Shown: positions 49,803 through 59,076, numbered from the stretch's first letter. The stretch is DNA of 64,000 bases from an uncultured bacterium (GCA_963768625.1 CAVYIK010000001.1:2706-66705), one strand, 5' to 3'. Notes: generated from the sequence alone by a model not told the origin. Made by a program: numbers and translations.

Positions 49803-50825
49803 ATGGATGTCCGCCGATCGGAAACTTGGTTCTTTGTGGCTTTGCTCGCTGTCGCCCTATTCCTTGCGTGGTCCATCCTCGCGCCCTATATGGGGATGCT
49901 GGTCTTTGCGGGTACGCTTGCGTTTCTCTTCCAGCCCCTCTATCAAAAACTTTTGCGTGTCTTCCGGTATGAATGGTTGACCGCCTTCGCCACGATCATC
50001 ATCGCGATACTCATCGTATTCGTGCCACTCGGCTTTTTCGGCATACGGGTCTTCGGAGAAGCGACCGCGCTCTACGCCTCGCTCACGGCCCGCGGAGGAT
50101 TTGATCTCGGCGCGGTGCTCACCAATTTCCTCCACGCCAATTTTAAAGAACTTCCCGTGCCGGATCTCACGTTCAATTTTAGTAATTATGTCCAGCAGGG
50201 CCTTACCTGGCTCATCCAGAACCTCGGCTCTTTCTTTTCGGGCGTCACCCAGATCTTTTTCACGGCGTTTCTGAGCCTTCTCGGATTGTTCTACTTCCTT
50301 AAGGACGGCGAACGGCTCAAGAAATGGGTGGTCGGGATCGTGCCGCTCGCTCCGGAATACAGCGAAGACATCGTCCGCGAGATGGAGGCGGTGGGAAGTT
50401 CGGTCGTGAAAGGCACTCTCCTTGTCGCGGTCATACAGGGAGTTGTCATGGGGGTCGGATTTTTCTTCTTTGGCATCCCTGACCCGACCTTCTGGGGAAC
50501 GCTTGTCGTACTCGCTTCGCTCATTCCCATTGTGGGGACGTGGCTCGTCGTTGTACCCGCCGTTGGATATCTTTTGTTCACCGGGCAAACGGTGCTCGCC
50601 ATCTGCCTCGCCGCATGGAGCATCATCCTCGTAAATCTTATTTATAACGTGCTCTCGCCCCAGCTTATGCGTCGCGGCGGCCATCTGCATCCCTATCTTA
50701 TCCTTTTGAGCGTTCTCGGCGGCATCGGCCTTTTTGGCCCGATCGGGTTCATCGCGGGGCCGCTCGTCATGGCGCTCCTCCTCTCATTGCTCAGGATTTA
50801 CACAAAGCTTACCCTGGCGAAATAA
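49803..50825 (+). CDS. AI-2E family transporter (PerM/UPF0118 permease)
   Basis: The 340-aa polytopic membrane protein contains ...YFLKDGERLKKW... and ...GTLLVAVIQGVVMGVGFFFFGIPDPTFWG... The topology is typical of this family. Confidence 0.8.
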   Translation: MDVRRSETWFFVALLAVALFLAWSILAPYMGMLVFAGTLAFLFQPLYQKLLRVFRYEWLTAFATIIIAILIVFVPLGFFGIRVFGEATALYASLTARGGFDLGAVLTNFLHANFKELPVPDLTFNFSNYVQQGLTWLIQNLGSFFSGVTQIFFTAFLSLLGLFYFLKDGERLKKWVVGIVPLAPEYSEDIVREMEAVGSSVVKGTLLVAVIQGVVMGVGFFFFGIPDPTFWGTLVVLASLIPIVGTWLVVVPAVGYLLFTGQTVLAICLAAWSIILVNLIYNVLSPQLMRRGGHLHPYLILLSVLGGIGLFGPIGFIAGPLVMALLLSLLRIYTKLTLAK

Positions 50826-50832
50826 TGGAGAT

Positions 50833-51651
50833 ATGGCTGTAAGACCGCGCGTCGGTGTTGCCTTGAGCGGGGGTTCCGCGCTGGGCATCGCCCATATCGG
50901 GGTATTGAAATCGCTCACGGACCACCATATCCCCGTTGACTGCATTGCAGGAACGAGCGCGGGCGCCATCGTCGCTGCTTGCTATGCGTTTGATGTGTCT
51001 TTGGATGCGGTCGTCCAAAAGGCCAGCGAGCTCAGCTGGTACGCTCTGTCAAAACTTTCGTTTTCAGCGTTAGGCCTGGTTTCTCATGCGGCGCTGGGTA
51101 AGTTGATCCGGGAATTCGTAGGGGATGTGAATATCGAGGATGCCAAGATTCCGCTCGCGATCGTGGCCACCGATATTGAAACCGGAGAGCGAGTAGTGTT
51201 CAGGAAAGGTTCTCTTGTTGATGCGCTCATGGCGAGCACGTGCATTCCGGGTGTTTTTATCCCCGTCGAGGTTGGCGGGCGCTTGTTGGTCGACGGCGGC
51301 GTCGTGGACAATCTCCCGCTCTCGGCGCTCGCGGAATTGGGAGCAACGGCAAAGATAGGCGTGAACGTCAATCGATGGGTTTCAAAGAAGAGGCCGAAAA
51401 ACCTTTTTGAGGTCGTGGCAAAGTCGTTGGAGATCGCGACCACCTATCGGCATCCTTTGCGAAAAGACGAGATCCTCATAGAGCCGCACCTTGAAGCCTT
51501 CTCCCTCTCCGATTTCCGCAAGGCAGACCGGTTGGTAGGGGAGGGGTACCGCGCCGCAACGCTCGCGATGGGGGAAGTACGAAACTTGGCGGAAAAAAGA
51601 GTTCAGGGCGTTAGCCTATGGGCGAGGGTGAGGTCTTGGTTCCGGGAATGA
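50833..51651 (+). CDS. Patatin-like phospholipase
   Basis: VGVALSGGSALGIAHIGVL (oxyanion Gly-rich), GTSAGA (GxSxG) and LVDGGVVDNLP (catalytic Asp) are present. ATG 50833 has GGAG upstream. Confidence 0.9.
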   Translation: MAVRPRVGVALSGGSALGIAHIGVLKSLTDHHIPVDCIAGTSAGAIVAACYAFDVSLDAVVQKASELSWYALSKLSFSALGLVSHAALGKLIREFVGDVNIEDAKIPLAIVATDIETGERVVFRKGSLVDALMASTCIPGVFIPVEVGGRLLVDGGVVDNLPLSALAELGATAKIGVNVNRWVSKKRPKNLFEVVAKSLEIATTYRHPLRKDEILIEPHLEAFSLSDFRKADRLVGEGYRAATLAMGEVRNLAEKRVQGVSLWARVRSWFRE

Positions 51652-51714
51652 CACGTCCCGACATTTCTGCTAGGCTGTAGGCAGAAAGTCAGTTCTCGTG
51701 AAGGAGCGTGCCTG

Positions 51715-52113
51715 ATGAAGAAGAAGCAGAAGAAACAAAGGTATTCTTGGCTGCAGTTCGAAAGGGATCTTGGCCCAATAGTCCGGTGGGCCAAGAGACA
51801 ACATTTCAAGAACGTGTACGGCATCCCGAGGGGCGGTTCGGTGGTCGCGGTGAGATTGTCGCACCTTCTCAATATCCCCGTCTGTCCAATCGACGATATC
51901 TCAAGACAGACCTTCGTGGTCGACGATATCGTGGACGGCGGCGGGACCATGAAACGCTTCATCGCCTTCTACGGAAATTTCTTCAGGACCGCGAGCATCT
52001 TCCTCAGCCCGGATGCGAAATTCAAGCCTGATTTCCACGTGAGGGAGAGAAAGCGCTGGGTGATCTTTCCCTGGGAAACGCCGCGGACGTCGCGGTACGA
52101 CGGGACGGCATAA
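51715..52113 (+). CDS. Phosphoribosyltransferase (purine PRTase-like, type I fold)
   Basis: YGIPRGGSVVA and FVVDDIVDGGGTMKRF (PRPP-binding motif) are present. Confidence 0.8.
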   Translation: MKKKQKKQRYSWLQFERDLGPIVRWAKRQHFKNVYGIPRGGSVVAVRLSHLLNIPVCPIDDISRQTFVVDDIVDGGGTMKRFIAFYGNFFRTASIFLSPDAKFKPDFHVRERKRWVIFPWETPRTSRYDGTA

Positions 52114-52140
52114 GACGACCTCACGAGGTCGCCTTTTTTT
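52114..52140 (+). terminator. Rho-independent terminator
   Basis: cgacct-cacg-aggtcg has a 6-bp stem plus an outer G-C pair, followed by ttttttt. Confidence 0.7.
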
Positions 52141-52157
52141 CTTTGCGCTCCGCGATG

Positions 52158-52814
52158 TCAATCCTGAATGCAGGTGCCTCCTACGTCACCGAAAGGCAAA
52201 TGCGATGCGGGATCGGGCGCACAATGGTAGCCGGTCACGCAAGCAGGAGCGGTGGTCATATTGCCGCCGCAACGTTCTCCGGGCCCGGCGATGGGCGAGG
52301 ACGTCTTGAGCATAGATCCATCGTAGATAAGATACATGCTCACGCCGACCGACGGCATTGTGGTCATCGGCTCTCTGGGTTTACGGTCGGCGTAATTAGC
52401 GATAACTTGTCCATTTTTAACCTCAACATTTTGAGGGGCGACCCGATCTCCAAGAAGAACGGCGTTAGTTCCCCGTGCACCGCTCGCAGTATTGATCGCT
52501 GCCGCTACGTAATAGAAAGTTCCACTGCCGCCGGTATTTTGCACAAGGATGAGAGCTGCATCTGCCCTGCCATCGTTATTCAGATCTCCGCTCGTCGGTT
52601 GCCCAAACGCAGTTGTAGTGATTTTCGTTGCCGATCCGGGTGCGGCTTCTATTTCCGCTTTGCCGTTGGCCAAAGCAACCAGCTGCCCGTCAATGGTATA
52701 GGTCGCGTTCAAAGGGTCGAAGACGCTTGGTTGACCCTGATTTTTAAGGATCGCATACACCACGATGATCGCAATGACCGCAACCGCCACCGCAATCCAT
52801 ATTTTCTTGTTCAT
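52158..52814 (-). CDS. Membrane-anchored extracytoplasmic hypothetical protein with a Cys-rich C-terminal knot
   Basis: An N-terminal TM helix (IWIAVAVAVIAIIVVYAIL) is followed by GDLNNDGRADAALILVQNTGGSG (FG-GAP/VCBS-like) and the C-terminus GERCGGNMTTAPACVTGYHCAP...GGTCIQD. Confidence 0.6.
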   Translation of the reverse strand: MNKKIWIAVAVAVIAIIVVYAILKNQGQPSVFDPLNATYTIDGQLVALANGKAEIEAAPGSATKITTTAFGQPTSGDLNNDGRADAALILVQNTGGSGTFYYVAAAINTASGARGTNAVLLGDRVAPQNVEVKNGQVIANYADRKPREPMTTMPSVGVSMYLIYDGSMLKTSSPIAGPGERCGGNMTTAPACVTGYHCAPDPASHLPFGDVGGTCIQD

Positions 52815-52855
52815 TCAATAAGCATACCTTAAAATAACCCTATGGCGGTTCTCTT

Positions 52856-53434
52856 TTGCAGCAACTATCGAGTATAATTTCTGGAGGAGGATTCGGAGGA
52901 AGCGGAGGTGTTGCCGCAGGAGGAGGGAACACGGGAAGCACAGCACAATTTGCCTCACAAGGAGCGAAATCAAATTTCGCGTTCGGTGGAGGAGGAAGTT
53001 ATCAACCCTCGGTAAATACGCAAAATTATAATGCGAGTTATCTTGCCGCAGAGGAACAATTAGTGGGAGATCCTTATGGTTGGGGTAAGAAGGGACCTAA
53101 TGTTTTCGACTGTACGGGAGCTATGACGTATGGGATCATGCAAGTGACAGGTCAAAATATGGAGAACATTCCAGGAACTACAATATACAACAACTACACT
53201 ACCCACTTGTCTTCTATGGGCGGTCCAGGAACATTAATTTTTTACGACAATACTGGTAACGGTTCAATGGATCACGTAACTACAGTTATCGGGAACGGTC
53301 AGATTATTGATCCCAATGCTGTTACTGGCCAAGTCTCAGTTGAGCCAGCTACCTATGAAAGTAATTACACGGCAGAACACGGCGGAACCATATACTATGG
53401 TCAACTGAATTGGCAACAAATAATTAATCAATAG
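52856..53434 (+). CDS. NlpC/P60-family cell-wall hydrolase domain protein, possibly 5'-truncated
   Basis: DPYGWGKKGPNVFDCTGAMTYG (catalytic Cys) and ...GSMDHVTTVIGNGQIIDPN (His) are present. The ORF opens with TTG, has a Gly-rich start, and has no ATG or signal peptide. It sits exactly at the compositional boundary. Confidence 0.6.
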   Translation: MQQLSSIISGGGFGGSGGVAAGGGNTGSTAQFASQGAKSNFAFGGGGSYQPSVNTQNYNASYLAAEEQLVGDPYGWGKKGPNVFDCTGAMTYGIMQVTGQNMENIPGTTIYNNYTTHLSSMGGPGTLIFYDNTGNGSMDHVTTVIGNGQIIDPNAVTGQVSVEPATYESNYTAEHGGTIYYGQLNWQQIINQ

Positions 53435-53440
53435 AGCCTC

Positions 53441-54268
53441 ATGAAAAACAGAAAGATTATATACCTTCTAGTAAGTGTAGCGATAGTGATTGTTGCCATC
53501 GCTGGTTTTCTATATGTATTTCATGTTCATAGAAATAATCCGCAAGGGGACGCGGGTCCAACCTTTGTAAAGGCTCTTGAAGGAGCAGATGGAAATACTT
53601 TGGGTAATATATATGTTTCCTATATTGGGAACACTAACGTATTCACGGCCTTGTATGTCTCCACAAGTACTGGTGGAGAAAATAATTTTATTTATAAAAT
53701 AGACGATACTGGATTTTCTAACACTCTTGGTAAGGAATTAGACATAGCTTCGAGCGGTTTTTATGGATTTCAGATGGACGGGGTGGGTAGCGATTATTTT
53801 AGCCTGCACGCTCTCTATAACACCAGTAGTGGTAGGGCAATATCCGATGACATAGTTATTAGATGGAATCCTGATCAGCAAGTTTTTGAAATAGATCCCA
53901 ACTCTACTGCACAGATGGGAAGTATAAAAATCGGTACGCTAGCTGCTTCGGATGGTTCTATTTTGGGAAGTGTTTATGTGGACTATACTTATAAGAATAT
54001 TTTCGCTACCTTGCATATTATGCAAGAGATCAATAGCAAGCAGGTCGAGGTCTATGAAATAAACGCTTTGGGCTTTTATAATACGGCACTCGGTACTAAA
54101 GATATCTCGATCTCGCCAAACGATTTTTACGGTTATCAACTTACCGAAATGGGAAGTGATTATTTCGATCTTCAGCTTCTAAATAAAAATCAGAGCGTTT
54201 CGGAAGATTTCAAAGTGCAATGGAATTATGATAAAAAGACATTCCAAGTTCAGAGCTCTACCCCTTAG
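53441..54268 (+). CDS. Membrane-anchored hypothetical protein with an internal duplication
   Basis: An N-terminal TM helix is followed by two related halves. The first is GNIYVSYIGNTNVFTALYVS...GFYGFQMDGVGSDYFSLHALYN...IRWNPDQQVFEI. The second is GSVYVDYTYKNIFATLHIMQ...DFYGYQLTEMGSDYFDLQLLNK...VQWNYDKKTFQV. Confidence 0.6.
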   Translation: MKNRKIIYLLVSVAIVIVAIAGFLYVFHVHRNNPQGDAGPTFVKALEGADGNTLGNIYVSYIGNTNVFTALYVSTSTGGENNFIYKIDDTGFSNTLGKELDIASSGFYGFQMDGVGSDYFSLHALYNTSSGRAISDDIVIRWNPDQQVFEIDPNSTAQMGSIKIGTLAASDGSILGSVYVDYTYKNIFATLHIMQEINSKQVEVYEINALGFYNTALGTKDISISPNDFYGYQLTEMGSDYFDLQLLNKNQSVSEDFKVQWNYDKKTFQVQSSTP

Positions 54269-54322
54269 AGCGCAATCGTAACTGGCGCGGAGTTTTTGGA
54301 TCCTCGGGAATTATATTTTTAA

Positions 54323-54628
54323 TCACCGTGCTTTCAGTTCGAGGGGAGGACGGGTGATAAAGGTCGGTCGTACTTCGCAGAACAGAAGGCACTCTTCTAT
54401 AAAGTTCCTCCAATATGGAGGCTTGTTGGATTTTCTCACAATGGAGTCGAGGTCTTCGTCATATTTGACACTCGGAACTCGTCGTCCGAATTCGTACGTC
54501 GCAAATTCCAGGTTGCCGTCGGTTATCTTGTGATCGGCCCATTTTCTGCGGGCTTTGAGCAATATCGCTCGGCGTTTTATGAACTCCTCGCTTTCGGCGT
54601 ATGCGCGACGGTCGCGCCCCTTGGCCAT
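54323..54628 (-). CDS. Hypothetical protein
   Basis: The 101-aa ORF is of intermediate G+C. No motif was recognised. Confidence 0.4.
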   Translation of the reverse strand: MAKGRDRRAYAESEEFIKRRAILLKARRKWADHKITDGNLEFATYEFGRRVPSVKYDEDLDSIVRKSNKPPYWRNFIEECLLFCEVRPTFITRPPLELKAR

Positions 54629-55350
54629 GCGGCCGTGAGCTACTACTTTTTTCTTTTACGCTCACTTCGTTCGCTATTTGATTGAAAAATTTACTTCGTA
54701 TTTTTCAAACTTAGTCTCACCCCCCACCAACGACAAAAAGAAATAGCAGGACGGAAGAAAAGGCCGAGCCACCAGACGTTGCCCCCGCGACAATTCACGG
54801 AGAGACGGACGAAAGGAGGAGCGGAGTGAATTAGGACTGCTTGATCGGGAGACGAATGTTTGAAAAAGCAAGAATCTGTCGGAACATTTCAATCTCTTGC
54901 CCCTTCATTTTAGCACAGAGCGAGTGAAGGGGTGAATGAAGGGGTAAATCTACCCGTGGCGAGCGTTCTAGACCCCTCCATTTCGACTGAAATAGGTACG
55001 AGCAAACGCATGGAAGTCAGCAAGTACCAGTAAAGGGTCTGATTCATTGGAAAAATTTTTAGCCGAGCGGAGCTCGGCGTATGGGGATTTAGCCGTCCCA
55101 AACACTTTTTCAAAAACAGGTTCAAGAATACAAAATACGAAAGCCGAAGATTTTTTGGAGGGAGCGTTTTTTGGAGGGGAGGTCGAAGATGCTCGATATA
55201 ACACTTGCCCCAACCCACCCGTGCGCGTGTTATAGGTTCATATTTTTGGCGATCTTAGAGAGATCACCAAAACTCCCTTTAACCTATGAAAAACTATGAA
55301 TTTATTTAAATACTTGACATTAGGATAGCACCTATGATAACATATGAAAT

Positions 55351-57060
55351 ATGACAAAAATACAAAACGAAAAAACTTTGCTGTCAATTGGTGAGGTATC
55401 AAGCATTTTTGGTATACACCAAGACACGCTTCGCAACTGGGAGAAGAAAGGACTTATAACTCCTCTCCGAGTAGGCCCACGAAAAGACCGAAAATACAGA
55501 CCGGAAGATATCGAGCGTATAGCAAACGACAAGAGTATTGTGAAAGATCTCGGCGTCTCGCTTACAGACGATGCGGGCAAAATGAATCTCGCCCAACTCA
55601 AGCAGTTCCTTTGGAGAAGTGCGGACATCCTCCGCGGGAAAATCGACAGTTCAGATTACAAAAAATACATTTTCGGACTTCTTTTCTACAAGCGTATAAG
55701 CGATTCGTGGGATGAGGAATACAAAAAAGTTCTTGAGGAATACCACGACGAAGAGATCGCCAAGGCGGATCACAACCATCGTTTTCAAGTTCCAAAAGAT
55801 TGCCGATGGGAAATAGTCCAGAAACAGGCAGAGGGTATCGGACAGAAACTCAACGAGGTTTTCGATAAACTTACAAATGCAAATAGTCCAAAACTGGACA
55901 AGATTTTTGATGACCTTGATTTTGCGAATAAAGATAAATTTCCGAACGAGACGCTCCAGCGTCTGATCAACCACTTCTCGCAGCATAATTTCGGAGACAA
56001 TTATATCAATTCCGATCTTCTTGGAGATGCATACGAATATCTTATTGAGCAGTTCGCGGCGGATGCGGGTAAGAAAGGCGGCGAATTCTACACCCCACGT
56101 GAAGTCGAGCGCGTCATCATAAATATTTTGAAGCCGCACGAAAAGGATCACATCTACGATATGGCCGTCGGCTCCGGCGGATTTCTCTTGGAGGCCTACC
56201 ACTATCTCAAAAACGAAACCGGAGAGAAGAAAGCCCGATCGCTCTATCTTTACGGGCAGGAAATAAACATCGGAACATACGCAATCGCGAAAATAAACAT
56301 GTTTCTTCACGGGCTCGACAGTTCCGACATCCAGCGCGGAGACACGCTCGCCGATCCGAAATTCATTAATCCAGACGGTTCTCTCAAGACATTCGACATC
56401 TGTGTGGCAAATCCACCGTACTCAATCAGCGAATGGGAGTATGAAATATTCAAGCACGACAAATATGGACGAGTTGCCGGATACGAGATGCCCCCAGCTA
56501 AGAAAGCCGACTATGCCTTCGTGCTTCACATGGTGAAGTCGATGAATGAAAACGGACGGGCTGGGGTCGTGCTCCCACACGGAGTGCTTTTCCGCGGCGG
56601 ATCAGAGGGCCGTATCCGCGAGAATCTCATCAAAAATGATCTAATCGAAGCCATTATTGCCCTTCCTTCAAAGCTTTTCTACGGCACGGGCATTCCGGCG
56701 GCCATCGTGATATTCAATAAGAATAAGCCGGAGAGACACAAAAACAAGATTCTTATTATTGATGCCGAGAAGGATTTTGAAGAAGGAAAAAATCAGAACC
56801 GTCTGCGTAAGAAGGACATCGAGAAAATGGTTTCAGCATTTGAGGGCTATCAAAATATTGAAAAATATGCCCGCGTCGTAGACCTCAAAGAACTTGAGGA
56901 AAACGAATTCAATCTCAATGTGCGACGTTATGTAGAAAATGGCGAGGATGAGGAAGTGGTAGATGTAAAAACCGTGTGGGGTGAAGTAAAAGAAATTGAA
57001 AAAGAACGCGAAGCAATTGATAAGAGGGTTGAAAACTATTTATCAGAATTAAAGTATTAA
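55351..57060 (+). CDS. hsdM: Type I restriction-modification system methyltransferase subunit (N6-adenine) with an N-terminal MerR/excisionase-type HTH extension
   Basis: The HTH is LSIGEVSSIFGIHQDTLRNWEKKGLITPLRVG. The HsdM_N region is LKQFLWRSADILRGKIDSSDYKKYIFGLLFYKRISD. YDMAVGSGGFLL (AdoMet binding) and VANPPYS (NPPY) are present. Confidence 0.93.
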   Translation: MTKIQNEKTLLSIGEVSSIFGIHQDTLRNWEKKGLITPLRVGPRKDRKYRPEDIERIANDKSIVKDLGVSLTDDAGKMNLAQLKQFLWRSADILRGKIDSSDYKKYIFGLLFYKRISDSWDEEYKKVLEEYHDEEIAKADHNHRFQVPKDCRWEIVQKQAEGIGQKLNEVFDKLTNANSPKLDKIFDDLDFANKDKFPNETLQRLINHFSQHNFGDNYINSDLLGDAYEYLIEQFAADAGKKGGEFYTPREVERVIINILKPHEKDHIYDMAVGSGGFLLEAYHYLKNETGEKKARSLYLYGQEINIGTYAIAKINMFLHGLDSSDIQRGDTLADPKFINPDGSLKTFDICVANPPYSISEWEYEIFKHDKYGRVAGYEMPPAKKADYAFVLHMVKSMNENGRAGVVLPHGVLFRGGSEGRIRENLIKNDLIEAIIALPSKLFYGTGIPAAIVIFNKNKPERHKNKILIIDAEKDFEEGKNQNRLRKKDIEKMVSAFEGYQNIEKYARVVDLKELEENEFNLNVRRYVENGEDEEVVDVKTVWGEVKEIEKEREAIDKRVENYLSELKY

Positions 57061-57064
57061 ATTT

Positions 57065-57886
57065 ATGACAGAAGAAATAAAAAAAGAGGTGAAGATAATG
57101 AGTAAACACGATTTCTATTTTGAAACGCCTTTATATGAAGTGATACCACTTAACGAGCTTGAAAAAAACTCGTTTAGTGGAGATGTCGATGCTTATAGTG
57201 CAAAAAATAATTCTGATACTACTTATAGCATAACAATAGAAGGCATTGATACATGGGATATTTGGGTAAGTCCAAACAATTATACGATTGGATTCTATCT
57301 GATAACACTAACTTGTAAGAGAAAAAACAATGATGTTTTGAGATTCACAGTTTATAGAGATAGAGAAATTGTCTTGAAAATAGGGCAATATCCATCTCTC
57401 GCGGACTTACAATTTGCAGAAATTGGCAAGAAATATGACAAGGTTTTGCCTACCGAGGATCTAAAAAATCTCAAAAAGGCAATCGGGCTTGTATCCCACG
57501 GGGCTGGTGCTGGCTCATTCGTTTATCTCAGAAGGATTTTCGAGAGATTAATTCTCGAAACATACACCAACAATGCAGGTGCTACCAAGTTGAACGAATA
57601 TGATTTCAAAAAACAACGAATGATGGACAAAGTTGAGACATTGAAAGCATTTCTTCCGAGCCAGCTTGTAGAGATGAAGGGTGTCTACTCCATTTTGAGC
57701 AAAGGTGTACACGAATTAACAGAAGAAGAATGCTTGCGGTATTTCGCACCAATCAAACTCTCTATTGAATTGATCCTTGATCAGAAAATCGAAGGAGCAA
57801 AGAAGAGCGAGAAAGATGTGATGGTCAAAAAACAATTGCAACAAATTCAGCAAGAAATTGCCACAGACAAAGAAAATGAAGACTAA
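57065..57886 (+). CDS. Uncharacterised protein embedded between hsdM and hsdS
   Basis: It starts 4 nt after the hsdM stop, and its last 11 nt overlap the hsdS ATG. The N-terminal ~120 aa are beta-like and the C-terminal ~150 aa helical (...GAGAGSFVYLRRIFERLILETY...ILSKGVHELTEEECLRYF...), loosely reminiscent of R-M-associated DUF4145-type domains. The alternative start ATG 57098 has a better SD. Confidence 0.65.
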   Translation: MTEEIKKEVKIMSKHDFYFETPLYEVIPLNELEKNSFSGDVDAYSAKNNSDTTYSITIEGIDTWDIWVSPNNYTIGFYLITLTCKRKNNDVLRFTVYRDREIVLKIGQYPSLADLQFAEIGKKYDKVLPTEDLKNLKKAIGLVSHGAGAGSFVYLRRIFERLILETYTNNAGATKLNEYDFKKQRMMDKVETLKAFLPSQLVEMKGVYSILSKGVHELTEEECLRYFAPIKLSIELILDQKIEGAKKSEKDVMVKKQLQQIQQEIATDKENED

Positions 57887-59072
57887 CGCGATACAGAAAA
57901 CTACTCCACGGGGGTGGATTGTGAAGAAAATGGATGACTTCATTAAAGAAGGAGTTATTACGCTTGGAAGAGGCGAGGTAATTTCTAAGACCGACATTAA
58001 GAACTATCCCGGAGAAAATCCAATCTATTCATCTTCTGTCAAAAATAACGCATTGTTCGGCACTTACGCCAAGCACATGTTTGATGAGGAGCTTATTACT
58101 TGGTCGGTTGATGGTGGTGGTGATTTTTTCCATAGACCAAAGCATAAGTTTTCGGTCACTAATGTCTCAGGATATATGAATGCTGATCAGAATCAATTTG
58201 ATTATAAGTTCCTCGCCTACTACCTTCAGGAAGAACACTCTAAAAAATCTTTTAACTATCAGAACAAGGCGCATCCGAGCGTTATTCGAGAACTGTACGA
58301 AATCGCAAAACCCCCAATCAAAGAACAGCGAAAGATTGCGGAGATTTTGGGGACTGTGGATGAGGATATTGCGAAAACGCAGGAAGTGATTGAGGCGACA
58401 GAAAAGCTCAAGCGCGGATTAATGCAACAACTCTTTACTCGCGGGATAGAACATACGAAACTCAAGGAAACAAAAATTGGTCAGATTCCTGAGGAATGGA
58501 AGATCACAAAACTTGGAAGTGTTGGTGATGTTATAACTGGCAATACTCCTAAAACTTCAGAGAAGAGTAATTATGGAGGAGATTATTTATTGGTATCTCC
58601 TAAAGATATTGGATCAAAAAAATATATAAATGACTCTGAAAATAGACTTTCACAGAAAGGGTATGGCTCAACTAGAAAAATATCAAAAGGGTCAGTCCTT
58701 GTTGTTTGTATAGGATCAACTATAGGTAAGATTGCTCTTGCTGGGCGTGAATTATCGACCAATCAACAAATTAATTCTGTTGTAGTAAACAGTAATTATT
58801 CAAACGAATTTATTTATTACCAATTACTTTACAGACGTCAAGATATTATCGGGAGACGATCCACGCAGGCTGTTCCAATTATAAATAAGACAGACTTTTC
58901 AAAAACTGAACTTGCAGTACCAAAAACTAAAAAAGAACAACAGGAAATTGCAGAAATTCTTTCCGCAGTTGACGAAAAGGTTTCAATCAATGAGAAATTT
59001 AAAGCAAAGCTTACTATCCTCAAAAAAGGCCTGATGCAAGATTTGTTGAGTGGTAAAGTGAGAGTAATTTAA
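57876..59072 (+). CDS. hsdS: Type I restriction-modification system specificity subunit (two target-recognition domains)
   Basis: The conserved spacer helices are KEQRKIAEILGTVDEDIAKTQEVIEATEKLKRGLMQQLFTRG and KKEQQEIAEILSAVDEKVSINEKFKAKLTILKKGLMQDLLSGKV. The start is taken at ATG 57876; the track uses TTG 57858. Confidence 0.9.
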   Translation: MKTNAIQKTTPRGWIVKKMDDFIKEGVITLGRGEVISKTDIKNYPGENPIYSSSVKNNALFGTYAKHMFDEELITWSVDGGGDFFHRPKHKFSVTNVSGYMNADQNQFDYKFLAYYLQEEHSKKSFNYQNKAHPSVIRELYEIAKPPIKEQRKIAEILGTVDEDIAKTQEVIEATEKLKRGLMQQLFTRGIEHTKLKETKIGQIPEEWKITKLGSVGDVITGNTPKTSEKSNYGGDYLLVSPKDIGSKKYINDSENRLSQKGYGSTRKISKGSVLVVCIGSTIGKIALAGRELSTNQQINSVVVNSNYSNEFIYYQLLYRRQDIIGRRSTQAVPIINKTDFSKTELAVPKTKKEQQEIAEILSAVDEKVSINEKFKAKLTILKKGLMQDLLSGKVRVI

Positions 59073-59076
59073 TTTT

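Noticed and set aside
54629-55350. tmRNA, RNase P RNA or a tRNA remnant marking an att site
   Set aside because: I searched by eye for T-arm GTTCGA/A.TC motifs with matching acceptor stems, a tag-peptide reading frame ending in a tmRNA-like 3' end, and the RNase P GAGGAAAGTCC core. None were found. A covariance-model scan is still needed.
55651-56310. 219-aa minus-strand ORF inside hsdM
   Set aside because: It is an AT-rich antisense ORF lacking motifs. The plus strand encodes the AdoMet-binding and NPPY motifs of HsdM across the same region.
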